From an uncultured Gammaproteobacteria bacterium (GTDB lineage: Bacteria > Pseudomonadota > Gammaproteobacteria > Magnimaribacterales > Magnimaribacteraceae): a stretch of DNA of 64,000 nucleotides. The stretch covers positions 790 through 64,789 of the forward strand of contig CAJWDT010000004.1 in assembly GCA_913031395.1 (NCBI GenBank), in the 5' to 3' direction. This document shows, one piece after another, positions 20,944 to 30,450 of the stretch; positions within the stretch are counted from its first letter, which is position 1, and each line of letters starts with the position of its first letter. Position numbers and translations under genes: made by a program. The notes beneath the pieces are model-generated. The model did not search any database. It worked only from the letters and a program-made list of their open reading frames with translations, and had not been told where the DNA came from.

Positions 20944-22146
20944 ATGAAAGTTGTTGACCCCGATAGTTTAGGACTGGATTCTGTGGTTCTTGAAAATATT
21001 AGACAATATTTAAATGATACTTATGTAGATGACGGAAAATATGTAGGCACTATGACTCTAGTATCCAGAAAAGGCCAAGTGGCTTATCTTGACAGTCTGG
21101 GCTTTATGGATAGAGAGAATAAGAGACCCATGCAGGAAGATGCAATTTTCAGGATTTATTCAATGTCAAAGGCCATCACTAGTATTGCCATAATGCAGTT
21201 ATATGAAAAAAGTAAATTCAGATTGGATGACCCTGTCTATTGGTACATCCCTTCGTGGAAAAATCTTAGAGTCTATCAATCCGGAGTATATCCAAATTTT
21301 CTTACCTCTAGACCAGAGAGGCACATGACTATACGCGATCTACTCACACATATGTCAGGCCTTACATATGATTTCATGTATAAATCAAATGTAGATGCGG
21401 CTTATAGAAAAACTAAAGTACAACAAGCCGAAACTCTAGAAGAATTTGTAGAGATTCTGTCCACATTGCCCTTAGAGTTTTCTCCAGGTAATAAATGGAA
21501 TTATTCTGTATCAACAGATGTTCTAGGATACTTAGTTGAAGTTATATCAGGGATGAAGCTTGAAGAGTATTTCAACACAAATATATTTGAACCTTTAAAT
21601 ATGGAAGATACTAGTTTTTCTTGCCCTCAGGAAAAGGTTGATCGTCTAGCTTCCCTTTACGAACATGTTCCAAATGGGGAACCAAGATTGTTAGAAATTC
21701 CTTTTCTTAATACTAAAATGGCTTCTGGTGGCGGGGGTTTATTTTCAACTATGGCTGATTATCATAATTTTTGTTCAATGCTTCTAAACCAAGGCGAGTT
21801 TAACGGTAAGAGGTTAATTGGAAGAAAGACACTTGAGTTGATGACTGTTAACCATCTTCCGAATAATCAAGATCTAACCGAGATGAGTGAGTCTGCTTTT
21901 AGTGAGACACCATATGCAGGTGTAGGTTTTGGGCTTGGATTTTCAGTCATGTTAGATCCTGCTAAATCTCAAACAACAAGTGATATTGGCGAATATGGAT
22001 GGGGAGGTGCGGCAAGTACAGTATTTATGATCAATCCTAAAGAAGATATGTTCATTATATTCCTTACGCAATTACTACCTTCTTCAACTTATCAGGTAAG
22101 AAGAGAGCTGAGATCGCTTGTATACTCGTCTTTAATGCCAGAATAG
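20944..22146 (+). CDS. Serine hydrolase, beta-lactamase/family VIII esterase fold
   Basis: RIYSMSK (SxxK), LLTHMSGL, WNYS, WGGAAST; SD AGGAGG. Confidence 0.9.
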   Translation: MKVVDPDSLGLDSVVLENIRQYLNDTYVDDGKYVGTMTLVSRKGQVAYLDSLGFMDRENKRPMQEDAIFRIYSMSKAITSIAIMQLYEKSKFRLDDPVYWYIPSWKNLRVYQSGVYPNFLTSRPERHMTIRDLLTHMSGLTYDFMYKSNVDAAYRKTKVQQAETLEEFVEILSTLPLEFSPGNKWNYSVSTDVLGYLVEVISGMKLEEYFNTNIFEPLNMEDTSFSCPQEKVDRLASLYEHVPNGEPRLLEIPFLNTKMASGGGGLFSTMADYHNFCSMLLNQGEFNGKRLIGRKTLELMTVNHLPNNQDLTEMSESAFSETPYAGVGFGLGFSVMLDPAKSQTTSDIGEYGWGGAASTVFMINPKEDMFIIFLTQLLPSSTYQVRRELRSLVYSSLMPE

Positions 22147-22183
22147 ATATGTTGACAAATTTAAATAACGTGACCTATCCAAA

Positions 22184-22212
22184 TTGATATGGTTGAACTT
22201 AGAAGGTATATT
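22184..22212 (+). promoter_or_regulatory. Sigma70-type promoter of proteorhodopsin
   Basis: TTGATA (22184-22189)-17 bp-TATATT (22207-22212). Confidence 0.55.
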
Positions 22213-22302
22213 GAGAATGGTTCTTATTAAAGTTATCGAGTTTTGGTTAACTCTTTCATTTTTTGAGAATTAAGTACTTAATTATTTAACGGGAGAGTAA
22301 AT

Positions 22303-23055
22303 ATGAAATCAATTATGATTCTTTCTAGTTTTCTAGCAGCTCCATTGTTCGCAGCAAGTGGGGGAGACTTAGACGCAAGTGATTACGTTGGAGTTTCTTT
22401 TTGGCTTGTAACTGCAGCACTTTTAGCTGCAACAGTTTTCTTTTTTATTGAAAGAGATAACGTTGGAGAAAAATGGAAAACTTCTTTGACTATTGCTGGT
22501 TTAGTTACTGGTATAGCATTTTGGCACTATCTATACATGAGAGGTGTATGGATTGACACAGGTGAAACACCAACTGTATTTAGATACATTGATTGGTTGT
22601 TAACAGTTCCATTACTGATGATAGAGTTCTATCTAATCCTCAGAGCTGTTACTACTGTAGCTTCTTCATTATTCAATAAGTTATTTTTTGGCTCATTGAT
22701 AATGCTTATATTTGGTTACTTAGGTGAATCTGGAAACTTAAACGCTACAATCGCATTTGCTATTGGTTGCGCAGCATGGATTTACATGATCTGGACCCTT
22801 TGGGGCGGAGAAGGTAAAGCTGCTGTTAGCGGAACAAGTGCTTCAGTTCAGACTGCGTACAATACTATGATGTGGATTATCATCGTGGGTTGGGCAATCT
22901 ATCCATTAGGATATGCTGCAGGTTACTTAATGGGAGGCGCTGTTGATGATGCCTCATTAAACCTAATCTACAACTTGGCTGACTTTGTTAACAAAATCCT
23001 ATTTGGAGTTGTTATCTGGGCTGCTGCTGTTGAAGATAAGAAAGCGTCCGCTTAA
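22303..23055 (+). CDS. Proteorhodopsin, green-absorbing (DTE motif, Leu105)
   Basis: RYIDWLLTVPLLMIEF (D97, T101, L105, E108), WHY (H75), DFVNK (retinal Lys), signal peptide; closely resembles SAR86 GPR. Confidence 0.98.
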   Translation: MKSIMILSSFLAAPLFAASGGDLDASDYVGVSFWLVTAALLAATVFFFIERDNVGEKWKTSLTIAGLVTGIAFWHYLYMRGVWIDTGETPTVFRYIDWLLTVPLLMIEFYLILRAVTTVASSLFNKLFFGSLIMLIFGYLGESGNLNATIAFAIGCAAWIYMIWTLWGGEGKAAVSGTSASVQTAYNTMMWIIIVGWAIYPLGYAAGYLMGGAVDDASLNLIYNLADFVNKILFGVVIWAAAVEDKKASA

Positions 23056-23072
23056 AGTTAATCGCTTTAGAG

Positions 23073-23099
23073 AAAAGAGGGCTTAGGCCCTCTTTTTTT
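23073..23099 (+). terminator. Rho-independent terminator after proteorhodopsin (probably bidirectional)
   Basis: aaaagagggc-ttag-gccctctttt followed by ttt. Confidence 0.88.
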
Positions 23100-23144
23100 A
23101 TTTGAGAAAGTCAATTCTATTCAGAGGGCTGTGGTCAAATAAGA

Positions 23145-24590
23145 TTAAGTACCACAAAAAGTTTTCAATACTTTCTGTGCTTCAGTGGGCGCTTCAGTGT
23201 AAGAAGTATATTTCTTGTTCTCATCAAAAGGTTTTCTGACAACCTCTATCATTTCCTGCATTTTTGAGAAGTCATTATTGTAGGCACTTTCAATTGTTTT
23301 TTGTATTTGATGGTTCCTAGGTATACAGACTGGATTAATAAGTTTCATCTCTTCAGAAATCTTTGAGAAATTTCTTTCATCTCGAGAAAGGATATTTTTC
23401 CAATTATCTAGCCATTCACTGATCGCAGTTTTATCTTTAAACTGCTTATCAAAATTATCGCTTTTGTCTTCTAATAAATCGGCTAGAGATCTAAAAGTAA
23501 TAGTGAAATCTGATTCGTTGTCCATCATGATTTTTAGGAGTTGTCTTAATAAATCTTGATTTTCCTTTACGGCTCCGTCTATACCTATTTTTTTGCACAT
23601 CAAATCTAGAATTCTTTGATTAGTTTCGGTTGAGAAATTATCTAAAACTTCGGTAGCAAGCTCATTTGCCTTATCCGAATCTTTATTTATGAAAGCTATC
23701 AAACATCCAGCCAAAGAGGCAAGGTTCCACGACGCGATACTTGGTTGATTTCCAAAAGCATATCGTCCATTTTGATCAATGGAGCTAAAGACTTTTCCGG
23801 GATGATATTCATCTAAAAATGCACATGGCCCATAATCAATAGTCTCTCCTGATATAGTAAAATTATCTGTATTCATGACTCCGTGAACGAAACCAACACT
23901 CATCCATTTCGATAACAATATAGATTGATTAGATGCAACTCTCTTCAGTAATTCCAGATAATGATTCTTTGTTTCTCTTATTTCTGGGTAGTGTCTTTGA
24001 ATAGAAAAATCGGCTAATAATTTTACATTTTCCCATTGCTGTCTTGATGCAAAATATTCGAAAGTTCCAACTCTTATGTGACTGCTGGCAACTCTAGTAA
24101 GAATACCACCGGGTTCAAAACTATCTCTGGCAACGTACTCTCCTGTTGAGATAGCGGCTAGTGCCCTCGTAGTGGGGATATTCAAGGAGTGCATAGCTTC
24201 ACTCAAAATATACTCTCTTATTACAGGACCTAAAGCAGACCTACCATCCCCCTGTCTAGAAAATTGAGTTTGACCAGATCCTTTTAGCTGAAGATCGTAG
24301 TTTCCATTTTTTCCTAAGATCTCTCCTAATAATACGGCTCTACCATCGCCCAACTCATGAACAAAATTACCAAATTGGTGTCCAGAATAATTTAGTGCTA
24401 TGGGTGTTGAGTTTTTTGGGACTTTATTTCCAGAGAAGATTTCTAGCTTTTCTTTATCTTCTAATTCTAGATTTAGAGAGTTAGCCAATTCTTCATTAAA
24501 GGCCAGCATGGTAGGAGATTCTACTGGAGTAGGGTTAATCAATTGATAAAACTCTTCAGGCAGACCAATATAAGAATTTGATAGTTTCAT
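23145..24590 (-). CDS. selO: SelO/YdiU protein adenylyltransferase (pseudokinase)
   Basis: YSGHQFG…LGDGRA, QLKGSG-T-FSR-GDGR, HGVMNTDN, DYGP, C-terminal TFCGT. Confidence 0.94.
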   Translation of the reverse strand: MKLSNSYIGLPEEFYQLINPTPVESPTMLAFNEELANSLNLELEDKEKLEIFSGNKVPKNSTPIALNYSGHQFGNFVHELGDGRAVLLGEILGKNGNYDLQLKGSGQTQFSRQGDGRSALGPVIREYILSEAMHSLNIPTTRALAAISTGEYVARDSFEPGGILTRVASSHIRVGTFEYFASRQQWENVKLLADFSIQRHYPEIRETKNHYLELLKRVASNQSILLSKWMSVGFVHGVMNTDNFTISGETIDYGPCAFLDEYHPGKVFSSIDQNGRYAFGNQPSIASWNLASLAGCLIAFINKDSDKANELATEVLDNFSTETNQRILDLMCKKIGIDGAVKENQDLLRQLLKIMMDNESDFTITFRSLADLLEDKSDNFDKQFKDKTAISEWLDNWKNILSRDERNFSKISEEMKLINPVCIPRNHQIQKTIESAYNNDFSKMQEMIEVVRKPFDENKKYTSYTEAPTEAQKVLKTFCGT

Positions 24591-24592
24591 TA

Positions 24593-25747
24593 CTATAATG
24601 CTGAACCCATTAAACTTTCAAAATTTAACCTGAAAAAACGATCTTGGTCTTCCTCGTTTATACCTTCAAGTGATTTTTCAAAACGTCCAAGGGGATTCCG
24701 TCCTCCTTCAAGATGAGGGTAATCAGAAGAGAACATAAAGATCTCATTTCCCGCTTCTTTAATAACCCATCCAGTGGGCTCAGTAGGGTAAGGAGTGACT
24801 CTAACCTGTCTGCTGATATATTCACTTGGTTTTAAAGATAAATTTTGTAATCTTTCTTCATGCCTGGAAAAGGCCTCAAAGGAGGAATCTAATTGCCTCA
24901 TAAAACCAGGAACCCAAACCGATCCCAGTTCAATTACTCCAAACATAAGATTAGGATGTCTTTCCAGTACACCATCTAGGATTAACAATGAGAGAGCTTG
25001 CATAGGCCCTGATGAAATAGCCATATAAGAGATTGACCTAAAGTTTTCTTCACCACCATGAAAATCTTTTACCTTCGGCATTCCATTAATTGAGTGTGAT
25101 TTAGGTAACACAAAGTCAGCGCTTCCAACATGAAAGAGTATAGGTATACCAGACTCTTCAGCCATAGACCATATTGGGTCTAAGCCAATATGACTTGTAG
25201 AATGATTTTTTGGGCATGCCCAAGGTATCAGCAAAGCACTAGATCCGGACTCTATGGCAAGCTTTGTTATTTCAATACTTTTTTCAATATCAGCGAGAGG
25301 GATATAGGTTGCTGGTAATAGCCTTGAATCTCCAGAGCAGAAATCTATCTGAGCTCTATTTGTAGCTCTAGCTACCGAGTAGAGCATATCAATATCATTT
25401 TCATGCTCTAAGCTTTCTAGCCACACATTAGGGGAGGTAGGAAATATAAGCTGACTTTGAACTCCAAGTAAATCCAGAGCTTCAGATCTATCTTTACTAT
25501 TAAAAGAGCCAAGAGCATCATAATTCTTTCTAATCATTAACTCTTCAGATTTACGTTCTCTATAGACTTTTGTTCGATGATTTTTATCGATATCTTCAAA
25601 ATAAGTTTGAGCTAAACCTTTATTCCCATTAAACCTATCCCTAAAGGCAAGTTGAATTTTTTTATCGCCATACTCATCGAACCAGTTTGGTAATTCCATT
25701 GTGTGAGCATCTGCATCATGAACTATTCTATTTTTTATGTAAGGCAT
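24593..25747 (-). CDS. Amidohydrolase family (Amidohydro_2) protein
   Basis: HDADAH, ILFHVG, GVLERHPNL, FSSDYPHLEG. Confidence 0.86.
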   Translation of the reverse strand: MPYIKNRIVHDADAHTMELPNWFDEYGDKKIQLAFRDRFNGNKGLAQTYFEDIDKNHRTKVYRERKSEELMIRKNYDALGSFNSKDRSEALDLLGVQSQLIFPTSPNVWLESLEHENDIDMLYSVARATNRAQIDFCSGDSRLLPATYIPLADIEKSIEITKLAIESGSSALLIPWACPKNHSTSHIGLDPIWSMAEESGIPILFHVGSADFVLPKSHSINGMPKVKDFHGGEENFRSISYMAISSGPMQALSLLILDGVLERHPNLMFGVIELGSVWVPGFMRQLDSSFEAFSRHEERLQNLSLKPSEYISRQVRVTPYPTEPTGWVIKEAGNEIFMFSSDYPHLEGGRNPLGRFEKSLEGINEEDQDRFFRLNFESLMGSAL

Positions 25748-25813
25748 ATCTTTGTAAAATACTAATACTGTTTTATATTAGGTCATCGAATATATTAATC
25801 AAGAGATACATAA

Positions 25814-26668
25814 GTGAGAGTTGAGCCATTAAAAAGATCCTTTGGAGCAAAGGTATACGATCTATCTTTGCCTGACCTTAACACTGAACAAGCACAAGAT
25901 GTATATGATCTATGGTTGAAATATGCACTTCTAATTTTTCCAGGTCAGAATCTTAGTAATGACCAACAAATTAAATTTGCTAAAAATTTTGGTGCATTAG
26001 AGTTTGATCTCTCTCCAATTAGTAATGTCAGAAATGATGGTTCCATCAGAGATGCTAACGATGATGATATCGTAAAATCTCTTAGAGGTAATATGGAATG
26101 GCATCATGATAGTACCTATATGCCGATACAAGCTAAGGGAGCAGTATTTACTGCTCATAAAGTTCCTTCTCATGGTGGAGAAACTGGCTGGGCAGATATG
26201 AGAGCAGCCTACGAGGCTCTTGATCAATCTATGAAAGATAAAATAAATGAGCTTTCTGCTTATCACTCTTATGAATGGAGCCAAAAGGAAAGATTTGGTC
26301 ACAAAGATCCTAAGGTAAGTGAATTCAATAGCTATGGTTTTGATATAGATCCTAAACCACTAAGACCCTTAGTTAAGACTCATAATGAAACAGGTCAGAA
26401 ATGTCTAACAATAGGCCGACATATCAATAAAATTCCAGGACTATCTGATCAGGAAGCTCAGAACCTCGCAAAGGAATTAGAAGAATACGCCTGCAGTAAT
26501 AAAGAATGGGTTTACCATCATGCGTGGGAAGTTGGTGATGCAGTTATATGGGACAATAGATGCTTAATGCATCAAGCAAGTATGTGGGATTTAAGTGAAG
26601 GTAGAATAATGTACCACTCAAGAATAGAAGGTGATCCAATCGCCGAAGCGGCTTCTAATTATTTATAA
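25814..26668 (+). CDS. Fe(II)/2-oxoglutarate dioxygenase, TauD/TfdA family, SdpA-like
   Basis: WHHDSTY (HxD), GGETGWADMRAAY, WDNRCLMH. Confidence 0.92.
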   Translation: MRVEPLKRSFGAKVYDLSLPDLNTEQAQDVYDLWLKYALLIFPGQNLSNDQQIKFAKNFGALEFDLSPISNVRNDGSIRDANDDDIVKSLRGNMEWHHDSTYMPIQAKGAVFTAHKVPSHGGETGWADMRAAYEALDQSMKDKINELSAYHSYEWSQKERFGHKDPKVSEFNSYGFDIDPKPLRPLVKTHNETGQKCLTIGRHINKIPGLSDQEAQNLAKELEEYACSNKEWVYHHAWEVGDAVIWDNRCLMHQASMWDLSEGRIMYHSRIEGDPIAEAASNYL

Positions 26669-28036
26669 CTAAATATCTAAACCTTTAAAAAACGAAAAAG
26701 CGATATTTGGGAACATGATGTAAGTTAAAAGCATCTCTATGTTATTGCTAATATCAGGCAAATTATTTTCCTCGCAAAGAGTTTTCAGTTCACTTTTCAT
26801 TCTATCTAGCTCTTCTTCTTCTACAGCAGTATCTTCGATTCCTTTTGTTTTCGCTTTGGAAAGTAGTTCTGGATCTATTTCTCCAGGTAGCTTTCCATAT
26901 TTTCCCAGAATCAGATTGAGTGACTCATTAGAAAGGTTTTCATATCGTCTTCCACTCATCACGTTTAAAAGAGCCTGAGCGCCAACTATTTGTGAGGCTG
27001 GAGTAACTAGGGGAGGGTAACCAAAGTCTTTTCTAACCTTTGGTATCTCATCCTTAACAAGATCAATCTTATCTTCCTGTTTATTGGCCTTAAGTTGTGA
27101 TTCTAAATTAGACAACATCCCTCCAGGTACCTGCTTTACTAGCATTGTTGAATCAATGCCTTTCAGGCCTCCTTCAAACTCAGAGTACTTTTCCCTCACA
27201 TCTTTAAAAAATATTGAAACTTCTTCTAATGCATCTAAATCTAAGTTAATAGTGCTATCTTTGCCCTCAAAAATTGCCAACATAGTTTCTGTAGCAGAGT
27301 GACCGTAAGTCATGCTTAAAGAAGAAATAGATGTATCTATATTATCTATTCCTGCTTCGATGGCTTTCATGTTGGTAGCAGTCGACATCCCTGTAGTAGC
27401 ATGAGTTTGCATATGTATCGGTATTGATAATGATTTCTTAAGTTCTTTAACTAATTCGTAAGCATCAAAAGGTCTCAAAAGGCCGGCCATATCTTTAATG
27501 GCTAAAGAATCCGCACCTGCGTCTTCTATTTTTCTTGCTAGGTCCAACCAGGTATTTAAGTCATGAACTGGACTAGTCGTGTATGCAATTGTACCTTGCG
27601 CATGCTTACCAATTCTTTTAACTTCTTTGATAGAAAATTCAATATTGTCAAAATCATTTAAAGCATCAAAAGTTCGAAATATCTCAATCCCATTCTCCGC
27701 TGATCTTTCTAGAAATTTTGTAACAACTTGATTTGAATAATGTTTATACCCAACTAGATTTTGTCCTCTAATAAGCATTTGTTGAGGGGTGTCTTTTAAT
27801 AATGATTGGAAAGTTCTTAATCTTTCCCATGGATCTTCATTGAGGTAACGAATACAGGCATCATAAGTAGCGCCTCCCCATGTCTCTAGCGACCAATAGC
27901 CTACCCTGTCTAGAGCAGGTAATATTGATACTAGATCCCTTAAAGGAACTCTAGTAGCCAAGATAGACTGAATACCATCTCTTAGGACAACTTCAGTGAT
28001 GCCAACTTGTTTTGAAGATTCCATTTTTTGACCCAA
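26669..28036 (-). CDS. Oxaloacetate decarboxylase alpha / pyruvate carboxylase carboxyltransferase subunit without biotin domain
   Basis: LRDGIQS, WGGATYD, AIKDMAG, HATTG, QVPGGM, PPLVTP; ends at 455 aa with no EAMKM motif. Confidence 0.88.
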   Translation of the reverse strand: MGQKMESSKQVGITEVVLRDGIQSILATRVPLRDLVSILPALDRVGYWSLETWGGATYDACIRYLNEDPWERLRTFQSLLKDTPQQMLIRGQNLVGYKHYSNQVVTKFLERSAENGIEIFRTFDALNDFDNIEFSIKEVKRIGKHAQGTIAYTTSPVHDLNTWLDLARKIEDAGADSLAIKDMAGLLRPFDAYELVKELKKSLSIPIHMQTHATTGMSTATNMKAIEAGIDNIDTSISSLSMTYGHSATETMLAIFEGKDSTINLDLDALEEVSIFFKDVREKYSEFEGGLKGIDSTMLVKQVPGGMLSNLESQLKANKQEDKIDLVKDEIPKVRKDFGYPPLVTPASQIVGAQALLNVMSGRRYENLSNESLNLILGKYGKLPGEIDPELLSKAKTKGIEDTAVEEEELDRMKSELKTLCEENNLPDISNNIEMLLTYIMFPNIAFSFFKGLDI

Positions 28037-28066
28037 GTTATATTTCCCCTTGGGATATTTTAGCTT

Positions 28067-28444
28067 TTATTGAGGTTGATCGATAGGAAAGTTATTATTT
28101 GCCCAGTCACCAAACCCTCCACTCATCGACAATACGTTTGCATACCCCATTTTGATTAAATTCTCTCCTGCTAAAGCTGATCTAAACCCACCCTGGCAAT
28201 ACAGAACAATCATTTTATCTTTACTCTCAACTGCGTTACCTATATCCCTTTCTATAATTCCTTTTCCTAGGTGTATGGCTCCTTTAATATGTCCTGCCAC
28301 CCATTCTCTATCTTCTCTTACATCTATCAATACAAAATTTTCAGAATTTTCTTGCATGAACTTTACCTGATGTATATCGCATTCTTTGACTATCTCTAAA
28401 GACGACTCCACTAGCTCTAAGAAATTTAAGTTGTGATTTTTCAT
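28067..28444 (-). CDS. Single-domain rhodanese/sulfurtransferase
   Basis: LIDVRE, GHIKGA, YCQGGFRS, GGFGDW. Confidence 0.9.
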   Translation of the reverse strand: MKNHNLNFLELVESSLEIVKECDIHQVKFMQENSENFVLIDVREDREWVAGHIKGAIHLGKGIIERDIGNAVESKDKMIVLYCQGGFRSALAGENLIKMGYANVLSMSGGFGDWANNNFPIDQPQ

Positions 28445-28455
28445 ATTCTCCCCGA

Positions 28456-29205
28456 TTAAGGTAATTGTAATAACTTTAGATGTTTTCTCAAGAAAAGTGG
28501 TTTATTGGTAGTGATGGAGTTGATGCCTAGTTTTAAATAACGCTCTGCTTCTTTATTGGAATCGACTGTCCAAACATGAGTCGATTTACCTATCTCTTTT
28601 AAAGAGCCAATTAATTCTTCATTTAATCTATCGTGATTTTGAGCTCCAACACCATTTGCATCGATTGAGAGAACAGAATCTAGAATTTCGTTAACTTCAA
28701 TTCGCTTATAATCAAATGCAATAAGCAAATTACATTTTAATTTTGGATTATGCTTTTTAACACTTCTTATGACTTCAGGGAAGAAACTTATGATCGTGAT
28801 TTTGTCTATATCTATATTTTGATGATAGATATCCTCAATAAGATAAGGGACTATGACTTCATTGGTTTTAACTTCTATAAAAATTTCTTTTCCTTTAGGC
28901 AGGATACTTAAAATTTTTGTTAATTCCGGCACTTTCTCTCCTCGCCAAGCTTCTCCAAACCAACTTCCACATTCCAATAAACTGACTTCATCTAAAGTCA
29001 TTTCTCTTATTAGTCTATCTGTACCAGTTGTGCGCAGTGCATTCTTATCATGATGGCAAATAATCTCTTTATCTGCAGTGAGCCTTATATCGACTTCAAC
29101 TCCGTCAGCATGTTGATTAAATCCTTCCAACACAGACGCAATTGTGTTCTCGGGTGCATCGGCCGATGCACCACGATGAGCAATAATTTTTGTGTTTAGT
29201 CCCAG
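28456..29205 (-). CDS. Glycerophosphodiester phosphodiesterase (GDPD); N-terminus extends beyond the ORF-track call, probable CTG start
   Basis: In-frame upstream extension reads [16 protein letters not shown]; also [22 protein letters not shown]. Confidence 0.85.
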   Translation of the reverse strand: MGLNTKIIAHRGASADAPENTIASVLEGFNQHADGVEVDIRLTADKEIICHHDKNALRTTGTDRLIREMTLDEVSLLECGSWFGEAWRGEKVPELTKILSILPKGKEIFIEVKTNEVIVPYLIEDIYHQNIDIDKITIISFFPEVIRSVKKHNPKLKCNLLIAFDYKRIEVNEILDSVLSIDANGVGAQNHDRLNEELIGSLKEIGKSTHVWTVDSNKEAERYLKLGINSITTNKPLFLRKHLKLLQLP

Positions 29206-30434
29206 GTTAGGGCACCACCAGTTTGGTACTCTATTACTCTTGTTTCAAAGAAATTTTTCTCTTTCCTTAGATCCATGATTTCAGACATCCATGGGAAAGG
29301 ATTGGAAGCTCCTTCAAACTCTTCTTCAAGACCAATTTGTACCAGCCTTCTATTAGCTATAAATTGAAGGTATTCTTCCATCATACCAGCATTCATACCA
29401 AGAATTCCTCTAGGCATAGTATCTCTTGCATACTGGATTTCTAACTCAGTTCCTTCGAGTATCATTTGTGCAGCCTCATGACGCATTTGCTCGTCCCAAA
29501 GATGAGGATTCTCTAATTTTATTTGGTTAATCATATCAATACCAAAGTTTAAGTGCATAGACTCATCTCTTAGTATGTACTGAAACTGTTCAGCAGTTCC
29601 TGTCATCTTATTTCTCCTTCCCATAGAAAGGATTTGAGTAAAGCCACAGTAAAAGAATATTCCTTCTAAGACACAGTAAAAAGCAATGAGATTTTTGAGC
29701 AATAATTTATCTGTTTCATCTGTTCCGGTTGTGAATCCGGGATCGGATATCTCTTTTGTATATTTTAGACCCCAAGATGCTTTTTTAGCTACGCTTGGGA
29801 TTTCTCTATACATATTAAATATGGCTCCTTCATCCATACCTAATGACTCAATGCAATATTGATAGGCATGAGTATGTATGGCTTCTTCAAAACCTTGTCT
29901 TAATATGTATTGTCTGCATTCTGGGTTCGTTATAAGCCTATAGATTGCAAGCACTAGATTATTAGCTACTAGAGAATCTGCTGTAGAGAAGAATCCTAAA
30001 TTTCTCATTACAATTGTTCTTTCGTCTTCTGTAAGACCATCATTAGATTTCCACAGAGCTATATCTGCTGTCATATTAACCTCTTGAGGCATCCAATGAT
30101 TTGCACTTCCATCTAGATATTTTTGCCATGCCCAATCATATTTGAAGGGTACAAGCTGATTTAAATCAGCTCTGCAATTAATCATGGCTTTGTCGTCTAC
30201 CTGGACTCTTCCGGCAAGGCCTTCTAATTCCTCTTCACCTGCCTTGGCATCTAATATTTCAATAGCTTCTTTTGCTTGCTTTGCCCTGTCTCCAGCTTCA
30301 GCAGGGACATGGTCTAAGGTTGCTTCTTCTATCGGTTGAATAGCTTCTTGTATTTGAGCAGATACTTCTTCTTTAACAATCGGTTGCGTTTTTTGAGGTT
30401 TCTCTGATTCGTTATAATCATCCCAATTTAACAT
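29196..30434 (-). CDS. nrdB: Ribonucleotide reductase class Ia beta subunit
   Basis: [17 protein letters not shown] (radical Tyr), [25 protein letters not shown]. Confidence 0.96.
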   Translation of the reverse strand: MLNWDDYNESEKPQKTQPIVKEEVSAQIQEAIQPIEEATLDHVPAEAGDRAKQAKEAIEILDAKAGEEELEGLAGRVQVDDKAMINCRADLNQLVPFKYDWAWQKYLDGSANHWMPQEVNMTADIALWKSNDGLTEDERTIVMRNLGFFSTADSLVANNLVLAIYRLITNPECRQYILRQGFEEAIHTHAYQYCIESLGMDEGAIFNMYREIPSVAKKASWGLKYTKEISDPGFTTGTDETDKLLLKNLIAFYCVLEGIFFYCGFTQILSMGRRNKMTGTAEQFQYILRDESMHLNFGIDMINQIKLENPHLWDEQMRHEAAQMILEGTELEIQYARDTMPRGILGMNAGMMEEYLQFIANRRLVQIGLEEEFEGASNPFPWMSEIMDLRKEKNFFETRVIEYQTGGALTWD

Positions 30435-30450
30435 TTTTTACTCCTAAAAT

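Noticed and set aside
20944-22146. Beta-lactam resistance gene
   Set aside because: No signal peptide; motifs fit family VIII esterase-type serine hydrolases rather than AmpC
22195-22221. GAACTT as a sigmaE -35 upstream of proteorhodopsin
   Set aside because: No TCTnA-like -10 at 16-17 bp spacing
23145-23160. Possible selenocysteine at the SelO C-terminus
   Set aside because: The protein ends FCGT with a TAA stop; there is no in-frame UGA
29196-30434. Possible class Ic (Mn/Fe) RNR beta subunit
   Set aside because: The radical Tyr (IHTHAY) and Asp ligand (STADS) are retained, so class Ia
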